NCBI GenBank assembly: GCA_013154235.1
Contig: JAADCV010000100.1
Location: 1-63,166 of the forward strand
DNA: 63,166 nt
Direction: 5' to 3'
From: Thermoproteota archaeon
GTDB taxonomy: Archaea; Thermoproteota; Thermoprotei_A; Sulfolobales; Ignisphaeraceae
Position numbers and translations under genes: made by a program
Shown here: positions 16,104 to 25,000 of the stretch, in pieces
Layout: every line of letters starts with the position of its first letter
Position numbering within the stretch: position 1 is the first letter of the stretch
Notes under the pieces: model-generated
Databases searched by the model: none
What the model was told of the DNA's origin: nothing
The model's input: the letters and a program-made list of their open reading frames with translations, nothing else

Positions 16104-16463
16104 ATGCCGGCCAAGCTCTACCCAAATAGCTGCGTCAAGAGGATTCTAGCTGGTATCCCCGATGGCCACATGCATCTAAGGCTCGTGATAGAGCTGTGCG
16201 ATCAAGCGATAGTGCTTCATGAGGCGACCGTGGCTGCGATAGTGCGTGCCTACGCTTCTGTCGCTCTGCATCCTAAGCGGCGAGCGATAGAGCTAAGATC
16301 TAGGAGGATGAGCAAGGATGAGCGCAAGCCTCTGTTTGCAGAGCACCAGCTTCTGGAAACAGACCAGATAGAGTCCTCGCTGATTACGGAGCTAGAGAAG
16401 ATTCTTAGGGATGCAGAGTTAGTTAGGTGCGGATGTGCTGAGCCTGCCGACGCTGATAGGTGA
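16104..16463 (+). CDS. Hypothetical protein, 119 aa
   Basis: ATG ORF; no recognisable motif. Confidence 0.45.
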   Translation: MPAKLYPNSCVKRILAGIPDGHMHLRLVIELCDQAIVLHEATVAAIVRAYASVALHPKRRAIELRSRRMSKDERKPLFAEHQLLETDQIESSLITELEKILRDAELVRCGCAEPADADR

Positions 16464-16516
16464 TGATGCCCCGCGAAAGCGAATGAGGAAATCGATGAGG
16501 GTGCTCGCTACGTAGG

Positions 16517-16564
16517 ATGATGTGTTATCGGATTACTGAGAAGTGATGAGCCCTGGGAAGCTGA
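16517..16564 (+). ncRNA. C/D box sRNA candidate 3
   Basis: C AUGAUGU 16517-16523, 12-nt guide, D' CUGA 16536-16539, 3-nt spacer, C' GUGAUGA 16543-16549, 11-nt guide, D CUGA 16561-16564. Lies in a convergent intergenic gap. Confidence 0.65.
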
Positions 16565-16565
16565 C

Positions 16566-16883
16566 TCATCTCCTGCGAATAGATGCTAGGATCTCTATCG
16601 GGATAGCTAGAAGCAGTATCATTATCAGGAACAGTATGAGCTTTCCGCTGCCGGGCGTTAGTCGAGATGATTCCTTAACTAAATGAAGCGCGTAGTTAAA
16701 GTTCGATACGAGCGACGAGATCTCCCTCTTAAGCGGGTCTAGCGCCTTGAACGGGTTGAAGCCTAGCTTAAGTTCTTTCAGGATCAGCACTAGATTCACC
16801 ATGGCGATAGCGATCAGAACGAGAATGAATAGCGTTGCCTTAGCGACTCCGCTATCCCCTTTCACAACTATCGCTCCTAGCAT
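16566..16883 (-). CDS. Small membrane protein (2 predicted TM helices)
   Basis: Two long hydrophobic stretches flank a polar loop. Confidence 0.45.
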   Translation of the reverse strand: MLGAIVVKGDSGVAKATLFILVLIAIAMVNLVLILKELKLGFNPFKALDPLKREISSLVSNFNYALHLVKESSRLTPGSGKLILFLIMILLLAIPIEILASIRRR

Positions 16884-16947
16884 CTAGATTCTGACGGACT
16901 AGACTAAAAACTTACGCTGCGGAACTTCAAGAAGTCGAACGATTCAT

Positions 16948-17682
16948 CTACAAAAGCTTTATTCTACCTTTAAACTTTTCGAACAGCCTTCTATTGTGTT
17001 CCCTAGCCTCCGGCAGATGGCTGCTTACCCATATGGGGGGCTCAACACCTTTCTCTAGGAGTATCTGCACAGCTCTAGCAATCAGCGTATTACCAATGAA
17101 GCAGTTGAGTATCGTTGATACGGGGCTCACTTTGGTGGGAATGCCTAGGTCTAGTACGGCGTCTCCGCGAGGAACCTTGTTGTCTATGTATACCTCGACT
17201 ACCTCGTAGAGTCTCTTGCCAAAGCTATTCCTAGGCTCTAGGCTTCGTGAGTACTCTACAGATGTTATGCCTATAGTAGCTGCCCCTAGTTCCTTGGCCA
17301 CTATAGCCGCCTCCACAGGAAACATGTTTACGCCAGACGTCGAAACAACTATCACGACATCACCCTCCTTAACCGGCGCTGATCGAAGCAGCGCGCGAGC
17401 GTATCCAGGTATGCTCTCCATCATCGTGGACTTCTCCGCGCCATGCGATACGTTTATGTCCGTGTCTATGATTGGGCTCACGTTAGCTAGGCCGCCAGCT
17501 CTATAGAATAGCTCCTCGCCAAGCATCGCTGAGTGGCCAGCTCCAACAACATGTATTATCCTATCGTCCTCTGCAGCCCTAGCTATGAGCTGCGCAGCTC
17601 TCTCAATTCTAGACGCTTCTTCCGTAACTATCCTGTTCATGAGCTCGACTAGCGTATCGAGATAGGCTCTAGCGACGTTCAA
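16948..17682 (-). CDS. SIS-domain protein (UPF0309 family)
   Basis: IHVVGAGHSAMLGEELFYRAGGLA..VIVVSTSGVN..AKELGA..IGITS..GKRLYEV..VYIDN..PRGDAVL matches the UPF0309/SIS_2 pattern along the whole length. Confidence 0.8.
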   Translation of the reverse strand: MNVARAYLDTLVELMNRIVTEEASRIERAAQLIARAAEDDRIIHVVGAGHSAMLGEELFYRAGGLANVSPIIDTDINVSHGAEKSTMMESIPGYARALLRSAPVKEGDVVIVVSTSGVNMFPVEAAIVAKELGAATIGITSVEYSRSLEPRNSFGKRLYEVVEVYIDNKVPRGDAVLDLGIPTKVSPVSTILNCFIGNTLIARAVQILLEKGVEPPIWVSSHLPEAREHNRRLFEKFKGRIKLL

Positions 17683-17689
17683 CGCTGAA

Positions 17690-18664
17690 TCACGCTAGGG
17701 GGAGCTTTACGGCGCGCCCCTCTCTAGAAGCTATGTAGATAGCCTCAACCACCTCCTGCACCTCCAATCCCTGCGCTGACCCTGGATAAGGCCTGTCTCC
17801 TCTCTCTACGTGGTCTAGGAACGACTCAAGTTCATTGATGTACATAAGCTCGATCGGCTCGCTGAACTCTATGGTCTCTATCCTTCCATCGATCGAGGAC
17901 ATCGTGTAGGGTCCCGAGAGATAGCTCTCGACAGTTACCCTACCGCGCCTAGCCTGAACACCCCACTTCCTATAGCGGTGTCCGCCGCTCCACGACTGGA
18001 AGTAGTGCGACACAGCCCCGCTCTCATGAACTAGCGTTAGCGCGGCGTTGTCCTCTATCTCGATATCGCTTCTAACTCTCCAGGTTCGCGCGTGAACCTC
18101 CTTAATTCTGCCTCCGTACCACATGTATACGAATAGCACGTGAACCGCGTGCTCGTTTATCATTCCACCACTAATATCCTTCTTACCTATCCAGTCGTAA
18201 GGAGGTTTGTTGCCTAGCGCTACGTGCCACATGTACAGCGGTCCGCCAAGGCCCTCCACGATCCTGTATATATCTCTGTACATCTTGTGGAAGTACAGGC
18301 TGAAAGCTATCATGAGCTTGCCGCTATCGGCTTCAGCTATTCTTCTAGCGCTCTCTAGGTTCGTGGACATCGGTTTCTCTAGTAGGACGTATAGCCCTCT
18401 CCTAAGCGCGTAGATAGCTTGCTCCTCGTGAAACCTCGGCGGGGTCGCGATAATCACTGCATCAATTCCAGCGTTATCTATGAGGTCGCGATAATCGCTG
18501 TAGAGGTTCTCGACACCTAGCTCCCTAGCCTTAGCCCTAGCGCTTTCAGCAACATCGCAGACAGCGATTAGCTTAGCCCTAGCTCTAAGCCTATCGCTTT
18601 CAACGAGTAGCTTGCCGAGTGTCGAACCCATGTATCCGAAGCCTATTATCCCTAGCCTTATCAT
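17690..18664 (-). CDS. Gfo/Idh/MocA-family NAD(P)-dependent oxidoreductase
   Basis: N-terminal IRLGIIGFGYMG Rossmann motif; ..EKPM.. catalytic-region motif. Confidence 0.8.
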   Translation of the reverse strand: MIRLGIIGFGYMGSTLGKLLVESDRLRARAKLIAVCDVAESARAKARELGVENLYSDYRDLIDNAGIDAVIIATPPRFHEEQAIYALRRGLYVLLEKPMSTNLESARRIAEADSGKLMIAFSLYFHKMYRDIYRIVEGLGGPLYMWHVALGNKPPYDWIGKKDISGGMINEHAVHVLFVYMWYGGRIKEVHARTWRVRSDIEIEDNAALTLVHESGAVSHYFQSWSGGHRYRKWGVQARRGRVTVESYLSGPYTMSSIDGRIETIEFSEPIELMYINELESFLDHVERGDRPYPGSAQGLEVQEVVEAIYIASREGRAVKLPLA

Positions 18665-19467
18665 CGAGAACCACCAAAGATCTCGCGAAGCGACCTAAGG
18701 GTGTCTTCAGCAGCCCTATACGGATGACCTCTATAGGGAGGAACCTCGGCTACAACATAGCCGCTGTATCCAAGTTCTCGGAGCCTGCGCGATACTGCAC
18801 TCCAGTTAACATCTCCGGTCAGCGGTATGCCGAACCTTAGCTCGGCAATGCTAAAGTCCTTCACGTGTATCTGCGCAATCAGGTCAGCGCCGAGCACGTC
18901 TATCCAGTGCTCTGGCAAGCTGTGCGGAAGAGTGTTACCCACATCAAGATACACCTTAACGTTGTCCGCGCTAACTCTCTCAATAACTACCTTCATCTCG
19001 AGGGGCGAGCCAAGGATTCTATTCCATACGTTCTCGACACCTACGGTAACGCTGCTGCCTCGAGCTATTGAGCTAGCTCTCTTGAGGAAATCAACAAGTC
19101 TGCTTAGACACTCGTCGAACTTCATCTCCGAAAGCCCAGTACCGGGGACTACAAGGATAGTCCTAGCTTCAACTATCTCCGCAGCGCGGCACAGCTTTCT
19201 AACTATCTTTAGAGCTCCCTCCGCATCTCTCAGCGGGTTTACTCTCCAAAAGAGCCCCGTCGCAACACTCGGCACATCTATTCCCACATCGCTTGACGCC
19301 TTCCTAATGCTACGCCATAGCGCATCGAAGTCAGTGTCCGATAGCTGTAGTTGCTCTAGTGTGAGGGCGGGCTCAAAGCCGTCGTATCCAAGGGTCTTCG
19401 CGGCATTGATAGCGTCTTCGGTGCTTACCCCCTTGGGAAAGCTCCAGACGTTTATCCCGAACTTCAA
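18661..19467 (-). CDS. Xylose isomerase-like TIM-barrel protein (sugar phosphate isomerase/epimerase)
   Basis: MKFGINVWSFP.., ..GYDGFE.., ..VENVWN.., ..DVGN.., ..HVKD are typical AP-endonuclease-2/TIM-barrel motifs. TTG start with GGTGA-N4. Confidence 0.75.
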   Translation of the reverse strand: MKFGINVWSFPKGVSTEDAINAAKTLGYDGFEPALTLEQLQLSDTDFDALWRSIRKASSDVGIDVPSVATGLFWRVNPLRDAEGALKIVRKLCRAAEIVEARTILVVPGTGLSEMKFDECLSRLVDFLKRASSIARGSSVTVGVENVWNRILGSPLEMKVVIERVSADNVKVYLDVGNTLPHSLPEHWIDVLGADLIAQIHVKDFSIAELRFGIPLTGDVNWSAVSRRLRELGYSGYVVAEVPPYRGHPYRAAEDTLRSLREIFGGSR

Positions 19468-19523
19468 GTACTCACCGTGAAGCTAGGTTGTTGGGTCTAG
19501 GAATAAGATGCTCGCTAAGTAAT

Positions 19524-19541
19524 GTAGTTACGCGTTACTAC
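19524..19541. promoter_or_regulatory. Near-palindrome GTAGTTACGCGTTACTAC upstream of the sugar-enzyme genes
   Basis: 18-nt inverted repeat (two T:T mismatches) in the 87-nt spacer between the ceramidase-like and TIM-barrel genes. Confidence 0.3.
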
Positions 19542-19554
19542 GGCGCTTATGACT

Positions 19555-20847
19555 CTATGAGAGTGCCTCGAGAAGCATCTCCTCAACTCGGGGATACTCG
19601 CTAGGGTCTACTATCGAGACCATAGTCTCGTAGCACTGAATGTTCTCGTAGCTCTTGTGAGGAAAGTACCCTAGGTACCCGTTGGAGTACCCAACCACTA
19701 TGACCTCCTTACCCTTCTCCCTAGCGCGCCTCTTCGCCTCTAGCTGGTACTCCACGAACAACTCACCCGGAAAGAATATCGCTAGTATTCTATCCCCTAT
19801 CCTAACAACGCCTAGCTCCACATCGACAGTGCTCGGCACCCCCTCAGCGAGTCGCTTCAGCAGAACCTCTATTGCATACAGCTTGCTTAGAAGCGCTCTC
19901 AGAACACCCTTGGGAACGTTACTCCTTCTAGCGCTCTCAATCTCGCTAACCACACGAGATTTCATCTCTTCAAGCTCATCCTTTCTAGGGAGGCTCCTAG
20001 ACCTAAGGCTCTTTCTCAGATACGTGATGTCGAGACACCCAACACAGTTAACCCTACACCCCCTAGAGATCACCGACGATACGATTGCGCTAGAGAGCTT
20101 TCTGCCCATCCTAGCAACCTCATCAAAGCCGTATCCCATTCGGGAGAACCTAGTGCTAACGTTTCCAGCCGCACCATTACATATCATTGCCACACCACCG
20201 AGAGCCTCCTCAACTTCCTGCGCTGCAAATCCGAAGAAGTCCCCGGAGTAGAGCGTGTTTATCGCTCCTAGTATCGTGGGGTGGCACGCGAAGTTAGCTA
20301 CTATAGCCACGAGCCTCCCACGGCTCCAGACGCTCGCTAGCGCAACCTCCTCGTCTACCGGCCGCCTAGGGTCTATCCTATTTGTTGCAACCTCCTTCAC
20401 GAGCCCCCGGGACACCCTGAGCTCGCTAGCCTCAGCTCTCTCCATAGCTTCGAGAGCAGCGCTAGCGCATCTAGTAGCTACGAACCTTATGTATCTACCA
20501 ATATCGCTTCTCTTCAGGGATATGTCCTGCGTAGCCCACATACTCAAGCTAACTTCGGGACCCGCATGGGTATGCGTAGCCGCAACGAACACATCCCTAA
20601 TCCCCGTCGCTGACGAAACGCTCCTCCTAACCTCCTCGAGCAGCATTCCCTCGACTCTTATAAGATCCAAAACAAGGAGGAGGAGCTCGGTTCTTCCATC
20701 GTCTAGATAGAGAGCTCTAGCAAACAACGGATCGTGCGCTCCTACTGCTAGTCCCTTACGCTCAAGGTAGCCCGCCATCGGCAGGCCCGGCGGGGGAGTG
20801 ATATCTATTCTCGCTGCTCCGCACCTCAAAACCATAGAGGGCTTCAC
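19555..20847 (-). CDS. Neutral/alkaline ceramidase-like N-terminal-domain protein
   Basis: GAARIDITPPPGLPMAGY......GAHDPLFARALYLDDG...LLLVLDL resembles the neutral ceramidase family N-terminus. Function in archaea unknown. Confidence 0.5.
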   Translation of the reverse strand: MKPSMVLRCGAARIDITPPPGLPMAGYLERKGLAVGAHDPLFARALYLDDGRTELLLLVLDLIRVEGMLLEEVRRSVSSATGIRDVFVAATHTHAGPEVSLSMWATQDISLKRSDIGRYIRFVATRCASAALEAMERAEASELRVSRGLVKEVATNRIDPRRPVDEEVALASVWSRGRLVAIVANFACHPTILGAINTLYSGDFFGFAAQEVEEALGGVAMICNGAAGNVSTRFSRMGYGFDEVARMGRKLSSAIVSSVISRGCRVNCVGCLDITYLRKSLRSRSLPRKDELEEMKSRVVSEIESARRSNVPKGVLRALLSKLYAIEVLLKRLAEGVPSTVDVELGVVRIGDRILAIFFPGELFVEYQLEAKRRAREKGKEVIVVGYSNGYLGYFPHKSYENIQCYETMVSIVDPSEYPRVEEMLLEALS

Positions 20848-21074
20848 CTACACATTCCTCGGGACTTTGTTCTCGGTTGAATAGATAACCTTGAGACAAC
20901 AACTGTGGGTGCCTTCCATGTAAAGCTACAACCGCTCATCTAGACGCATTTCACAGATAATTCCCGGTAAGTAACTAAAGTACCTCGGAGGAAGCTATGA
21001 GAAGAATACACAAGAGTTGCCCAACTATAGGAGCAGGAAGCTAGAGAAGGTCGCTATAAAAAGGTAGCTCAGTC

Positions 21075-21407
21075 TCATATCCTAACCTTTATCACTCCCT
21101 TCTTAGCGAGGCTCGTCACAAGCCTCCAGAACCTCCCCTCCGTAAGAAACCTAGTGTCGAAGCCCTGATCCTCTAGGTACTCCTTTACGGCATCGAATAG
21201 CGAGTCTATGTTGCCCCTCGTTATCACCCCTCCGCAAACCTCCTTTATCGCTTCAGCAACATCCTCATTGCTAGGAAAAGGCCTCTTGCTTCCGCTCCTG
21301 CGGTGTCTCTCGAGCTCGCTACGCTCGTATTCCTCAACCTCTTTAAGAACATCCTCTGGAACCATGCTCATTAGCTTCTCGAGCTCCTTAACTCCACGGC
21401 TTTCCAC
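21075..21407 (-). CDS. Hypothetical protein, 110 aa
   Basis: ATG ORF, charged helical composition. Confidence 0.45.
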   Translation of the reverse strand: MESRGVKELEKLMSMVPEDVLKEVEEYERSELERHRRSGSKRPFPSNEDVAEAIKEVCGGVITRGNIDSLFDAVKEYLEDQGFDTRFLTEGRFWRLVTSLAKKGVIKVRI

Positions 21408-21466
21408 AGCTTGAGCACCTCAGCTTATAGCTACCTACCCCTATTTCTATACCGCGGTAAATAGCA

Positions 21467-21781
21467 ATGGATCCTCAGAACCTCGAGGAGTTTAGCGGAT
21501 ACGTTCTCTACGGCAGGGACGCTAAGGATCTTCTTGAGAGGGTAGTGAGATTCGCTAGAGGCTGCGAGAAGCTAGTCTTTGATACGAGGCTCAGCGAGTT
21601 AGCGCGGGAGGTCTGCAAAGACGCTGTTGAATTAGTGGAGTTCAGCAGCCGTAGAGATGTCGAGGATTGCCTTTCTAAAGGTAAGTATGCTGTGATACTC
21701 CTGAGACCCCCTATAGATGGTATTGAGAGTATAGCCCTCATTGTCGGTCGCGCTACTGAGAAGAGTAAGCGTAGGCACTAG
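21467..21781 (+). CDS. Hypothetical protein, 104 aa
   Basis: ATG ORF divergent from 21075-21407. Confidence 0.45.
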   Translation: MDPQNLEEFSGYVLYGRDAKDLLERVVRFARGCEKLVFDTRLSELAREVCKDAVELVEFSSRRDVEDCLSKGKYAVILLRPPIDGIESIALIVGRATEKSKRRH

Positions 21782-21839
21782 ACGCATACCTTTTCTAAGT
21801 CCTGCTCCCACTATACACGCAGCTGAAGTCTAGGCAAAG

Positions 21840-22262
21840 GTGGTTCGTGTGCCCAACATAGCGTTTAGAATCGAGAGCATAAGGGCGGAGAGATACAACT
21901 TCGATACCGTTGAGACTCTCGGAATAAACATGCAGATCATGCTCGGCAAGCCCGAGAAGAGCTCTGACACGACGTACAGCTACGGGTTTCTGGTTAAGGT
22001 GGACTGCCTACCTCCAATAGCCTCCATAGACATAAGAGGAACACTCTTCGTAACCCCGCAGTCTAAGGAGGAGGTTGAGATGATAGAGAAGAGCTCTAGA
22101 GAGGGAACCCCTCCACCACCACTGATAATGGCTGTCTACAGCTATGTGCTCCCCCTAGCAGCTCTACTGGCGAGGGAGCTAGGCCTTCCTCCGCCTTGCC
22201 CACCTCCCCAGCCTCAGCAACCTCAGTCGCCTCAGCGCATGCAGCCTGGCTACCACGTCTAA
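21840..22262 (+). CDS. Hypothetical protein, 140 aa, with Pro/Gln-rich C-terminal tail
   Basis: GTG ORF. C-terminus LGLPPPCPPPQPQQPQSPQRMQPGYHV. Confidence 0.45.
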   Translation: MVRVPNIAFRIESIRAERYNFDTVETLGINMQIMLGKPEKSSDTTYSYGFLVKVDCLPPIASIDIRGTLFVTPQSKEEVEMIEKSSREGTPPPPLIMAVYSYVLPLAALLARELGLPPPCPPPQPQQPQSPQRMQPGYHV

Positions 22263-22294
22263 GCCCAGCTGTCTGAGCCCTTAGGTGAAACCTC

Positions 22295-23185
22295 ATGAGG
22301 ATGCTTTCGGATTGCTTAGCTTGCTTAGCGGTAGTGAGAATGAAGGATGTTCACAAACTGTTCAACGATGAGCAAAAGAGGTACGAGGTAGCCTCGACAG
22401 TCATATCCATGATAAAGAATCTGGCGATCGATAGAGGAATCTCTAGCTCCCCAAGGGTTGCCACTGCCATATTTAGGTGGCTCAAGAGAGTCAGCGGTGT
22501 CAGCGATCCTTATGCTAGCGAGAAGAAGCTAGCTGACGAAAACGCTTTGAGAATCTATAGAGAACTGAGGCGCTCAGTTATAGAGGCTAGCCCCCGTGAA
22601 CGGCTCTACAAAGCAATATCCCTTTCAGCTGCTGGCAATGCTCTTGACCTGGGCGTAGCTACATACCATCCGCCTAGCGTGGAGGAGGTAGCTACCTTAG
22701 CTAAGAGGAAGCCGCCGGTAGGTGTGGAGAGTTGCATAGATGCGCTACTCAAGGCTAGGCGTATAGCTGTAATCCTAGATAACGCTGGAGAGGCTGTGCT
22801 TGACAGACTTCTTGGAGACGCACTACTGTCTCTGAATAAGGAGGTTGTAGCGATAGTCAAGTCTGGAGCCTTTCAAAACGATGAGACTATGAATGATATT
22901 AGGAACTCAATGCTATACGAGAGTTTTAGCGAGGTTCTTCCTACCGGAACTGATGCTGCTAGCATATTTCTAGAGGAGATCAGCGAGCGTACGCTAGAAG
23001 CATTGAGAAGCAGCGATATCATAGTATCGAAGGGAATGGCTAACTACGAGTACATTAGCGACGTCGAGGAGCTTCTGGGCAAGCCCGTTATATACGTGCT
23101 TATAGCTAAGTGCAGGCCCATAGCGCTGAGCCTAGGCGTTGAGACAATGACCCTCGTAGCGAGGCTATCACGCCCCACAGCTTAA
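22295..23185 (+). CDS. DUF89 / ARMT1-like damage-control phosphatase
   Basis: N-terminal CLACL, central ILDNAGE..VLD and KGMANYE motifs. Confidence 0.7.
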   Translation: MRMLSDCLACLAVVRMKDVHKLFNDEQKRYEVASTVISMIKNLAIDRGISSSPRVATAIFRWLKRVSGVSDPYASEKKLADENALRIYRELRRSVIEASPRERLYKAISLSAAGNALDLGVATYHPPSVEEVATLAKRKPPVGVESCIDALLKARRIAVILDNAGEAVLDRLLGDALLSLNKEVVAIVKSGAFQNDETMNDIRNSMLYESFSEVLPTGTDAASIFLEEISERTLEALRSSDIIVSKGMANYEYISDVEELLGKPVIYVLIAKCRPIALSLGVETMTLVARLSRPTA

Positions 23186-23224
23186 CAGCGTGACTAGAGA
23201 CAACAGTCTCGTGGGGACTAGGTC

Positions 23225-23611
23225 TTGAATGCTTGCGTTGAGGAGCAGCTGAGGATCATTAAGTCGGCGGGAACGCCGCTCTACCTAGAGGTCGTCAAGG
23301 CAATAGCGTCGCTATGCGGCGTGGATCCATACAGGCTTTGGGAGTGGATCGCATCTAGATCCTCTATACGTGCTGCTGCACCGCAAGTTTCGAGACCTCA
23401 AGCTCAAGCACAGCAGCGGGCTTCCGGTGCGTGCTGGAGATGCCCCGCGTGCGGAAGAACCTTCGAGTCTCCATCGAAGCTAGCTAGTCACATCCTCTAC
23501 TTCCTTAGAAAGAGAGATTATGCACATATAAAGCTGTATAAGGAGATTAAGAAGAAAGTGGAGGAAACCGGTAAGACATTTACGAAAGTCGTGGAAGAAT
23601 TTACTTGCTAG
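23225..23611 (+). CDS. Zinc-finger-like small protein, 128 aa
   Basis: CWRCPACGRTFESPSKLASH.. Cys/His cluster; TTG start. Confidence 0.45.
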   Translation: MNACVEEQLRIIKSAGTPLYLEVVKAIASLCGVDPYRLWEWIASRSSIRAAAPQVSRPQAQAQQRASGACWRCPACGRTFESPSKLASHILYFLRKRDYAHIKLYKEIKKKVEETGKTFTKVVEEFTC

Positions 23612-24119
23612 TTCTAGATTTTGCAAACCTTATCTTGTACGCTGTATAAGCGCTTCCACCAACTAGTAGGAGCGCTGCTCCCACAACCATGAAGAGAAGC
23701 GCTGGGAGACTCAGCCATGCGTACTTGGTCTGCACATAGTAGAAACTTAGTGTTAGCGCTGCAGTACAGCTCTCGTTAGCCCCGATCACGATTCTAGGAG
23801 CAACGAACCTCTCTAACCCACGTATAACGGTCTCGTTATACACGCGAACCTCCTTAACTACCCTACCCCTACCAATCTTCTCTACGATCTCCAGGTTCAG
23901 CGGTCTGCAATCCGTCTTAACAAACAACGTGATGTTTTTGGAGAACGCTCCGGTGATAGCCCAGATGTCGAGAGTGCTACTATGGTTAGGAGCTACAGAG
24001 TAAGTTTGCTCATACGTTCTGTGCACTGCGGAGGAGCCGCTCATGGCGGCGAATGACAGCACTAGCGCTAGCACTAGCAACCCTATGCCTATCAGCGCTA
24101 TCGTTAGATACCTGTTCAA
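23601..24119 (-). CDS. Membrane protein with N- and C-terminal TM anchors, 172 aa
   Basis: Hydrophobic segments at both ends flank a beta-rich ectodomain-like region. Confidence 0.5.
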   Translation of the reverse strand: MNRYLTIALIGIGLLVLALVLSFAAMSGSSAVHRTYEQTYSVAPNHSSTLDIWAITGAFSKNITLFVKTDCRPLNLEIVEKIGRGRVVKEVRVYNETVIRGLERFVAPRIVIGANESCTAALTLSFYYVQTKYAWLSLPALLFMVVGAALLLVGGSAYTAYKIRFAKSRTSK

Positions 24120-24171
24120 GGCTCACCATCTGTGTAAGGGGAGGCAAACTAAGTTTAAGAGCGTTAAGGCG

Positions 24172-24903
24172 TTAAGCGCGCCTAGCAATCCTAGCGAGCG
24201 CCCGTACAGCATCTATGAAGGAGCGCGGAGCCGTAACGATAACACCGTCCACTAGATCTCGTAAACACTCAATGAACTCCTCCACCTCTTCAATTGTAAA
24301 GACCTTTTGGTGCCCCTTAAGCATCTCGAAGACTATGCTCCTTTCGCTCTCGCTAGATACGACAAGGTACGGCACAACCCTAACCCCTCTTCTCCTAGCA
24401 CTACTGAAGACACTGTGCATCAGTTGCTCAGGGCGCCAGAGCCTCGTGACGAGCACAAAGTCTATGCTTAGCCCTAGGAGCCTCTCGCTTATCTCTGCGT
24501 ACCCTTTAGCTAGGCTAACTATAGCTCCTAGCCTAAGGTGCTGTACTCTTCTATCCGACCTAGCTAGCCTAACAGCGTCCTCCGTACCAATATCATCAAC
24601 AGCGCTTCCAAACACTGGAGGATCTCCGCGGGTAACCACAACGCCATCGATATCGAGCAGCACTGCTGCCCCGAGAAGCGATAGAAGTGCGTTAGCGTTG
24701 ACATCGCGCGTCCTCACGCTTGCAAAGGCTCTCAGCCCCGACAGCTCCTTCACAACGTGAGCTACCGCAACCGAATGAGCTCGAGGATAGCCTAGGGGCG
24801 CCTCAGGAATGAATACTGCATCAACAAGGTCTCTGACCAGAGACACCTTCTCGAGTATTCGCTCCCTTCTAGTGCTAGGCACGAGCTCTATCCATAGCTC
24901 CAC
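24172..24903 (-). CDS. Methylenetetrahydrofolate reductase-like (MetF family) protein
   Basis: ..SVRTRDVNANALLSLLGAAVLLDIDGVVVTRGDPP.. resembles the HLTCRD..L..GI.N.L.LRGDPP core of MTHFR; shorter than canonical. Confidence 0.45.
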   Translation of the reverse strand: MELWIELVPSTRRERILEKVSLVRDLVDAVFIPEAPLGYPRAHSVAVAHVVKELSGLRAFASVRTRDVNANALLSLLGAAVLLDIDGVVVTRGDPPVFGSAVDDIGTEDAVRLARSDRRVQHLRLGAIVSLAKGYAEISERLLGLSIDFVLVTRLWRPEQLMHSVFSSARRRGVRVVPYLVVSSESERSIVFEMLKGHQKVFTIEEVEEFIECLRDLVDGVIVTAPRSFIDAVRALARIARRA

Positions 24904-25000
24904 AAGGTAGCACCTACAAATGAAGAAAGGATTGGAGAACTACCTATCTCTCGCTTATAACAGTTAAAGAGGTTTTAACGTGTTTTGCCGTGCATCAACG

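Noticed and set aside
16460-16505. GUGAUGA overlapping the stop codon of ORF 16104-16463, followed by an AUGAGGA-like motif. It looked like a second C/D sRNA in tandem with candidate 3.
   Set aside because: There is no acceptable D' (GCGA) with zero spacer to C', and no D box (CUGA) at the required distance.
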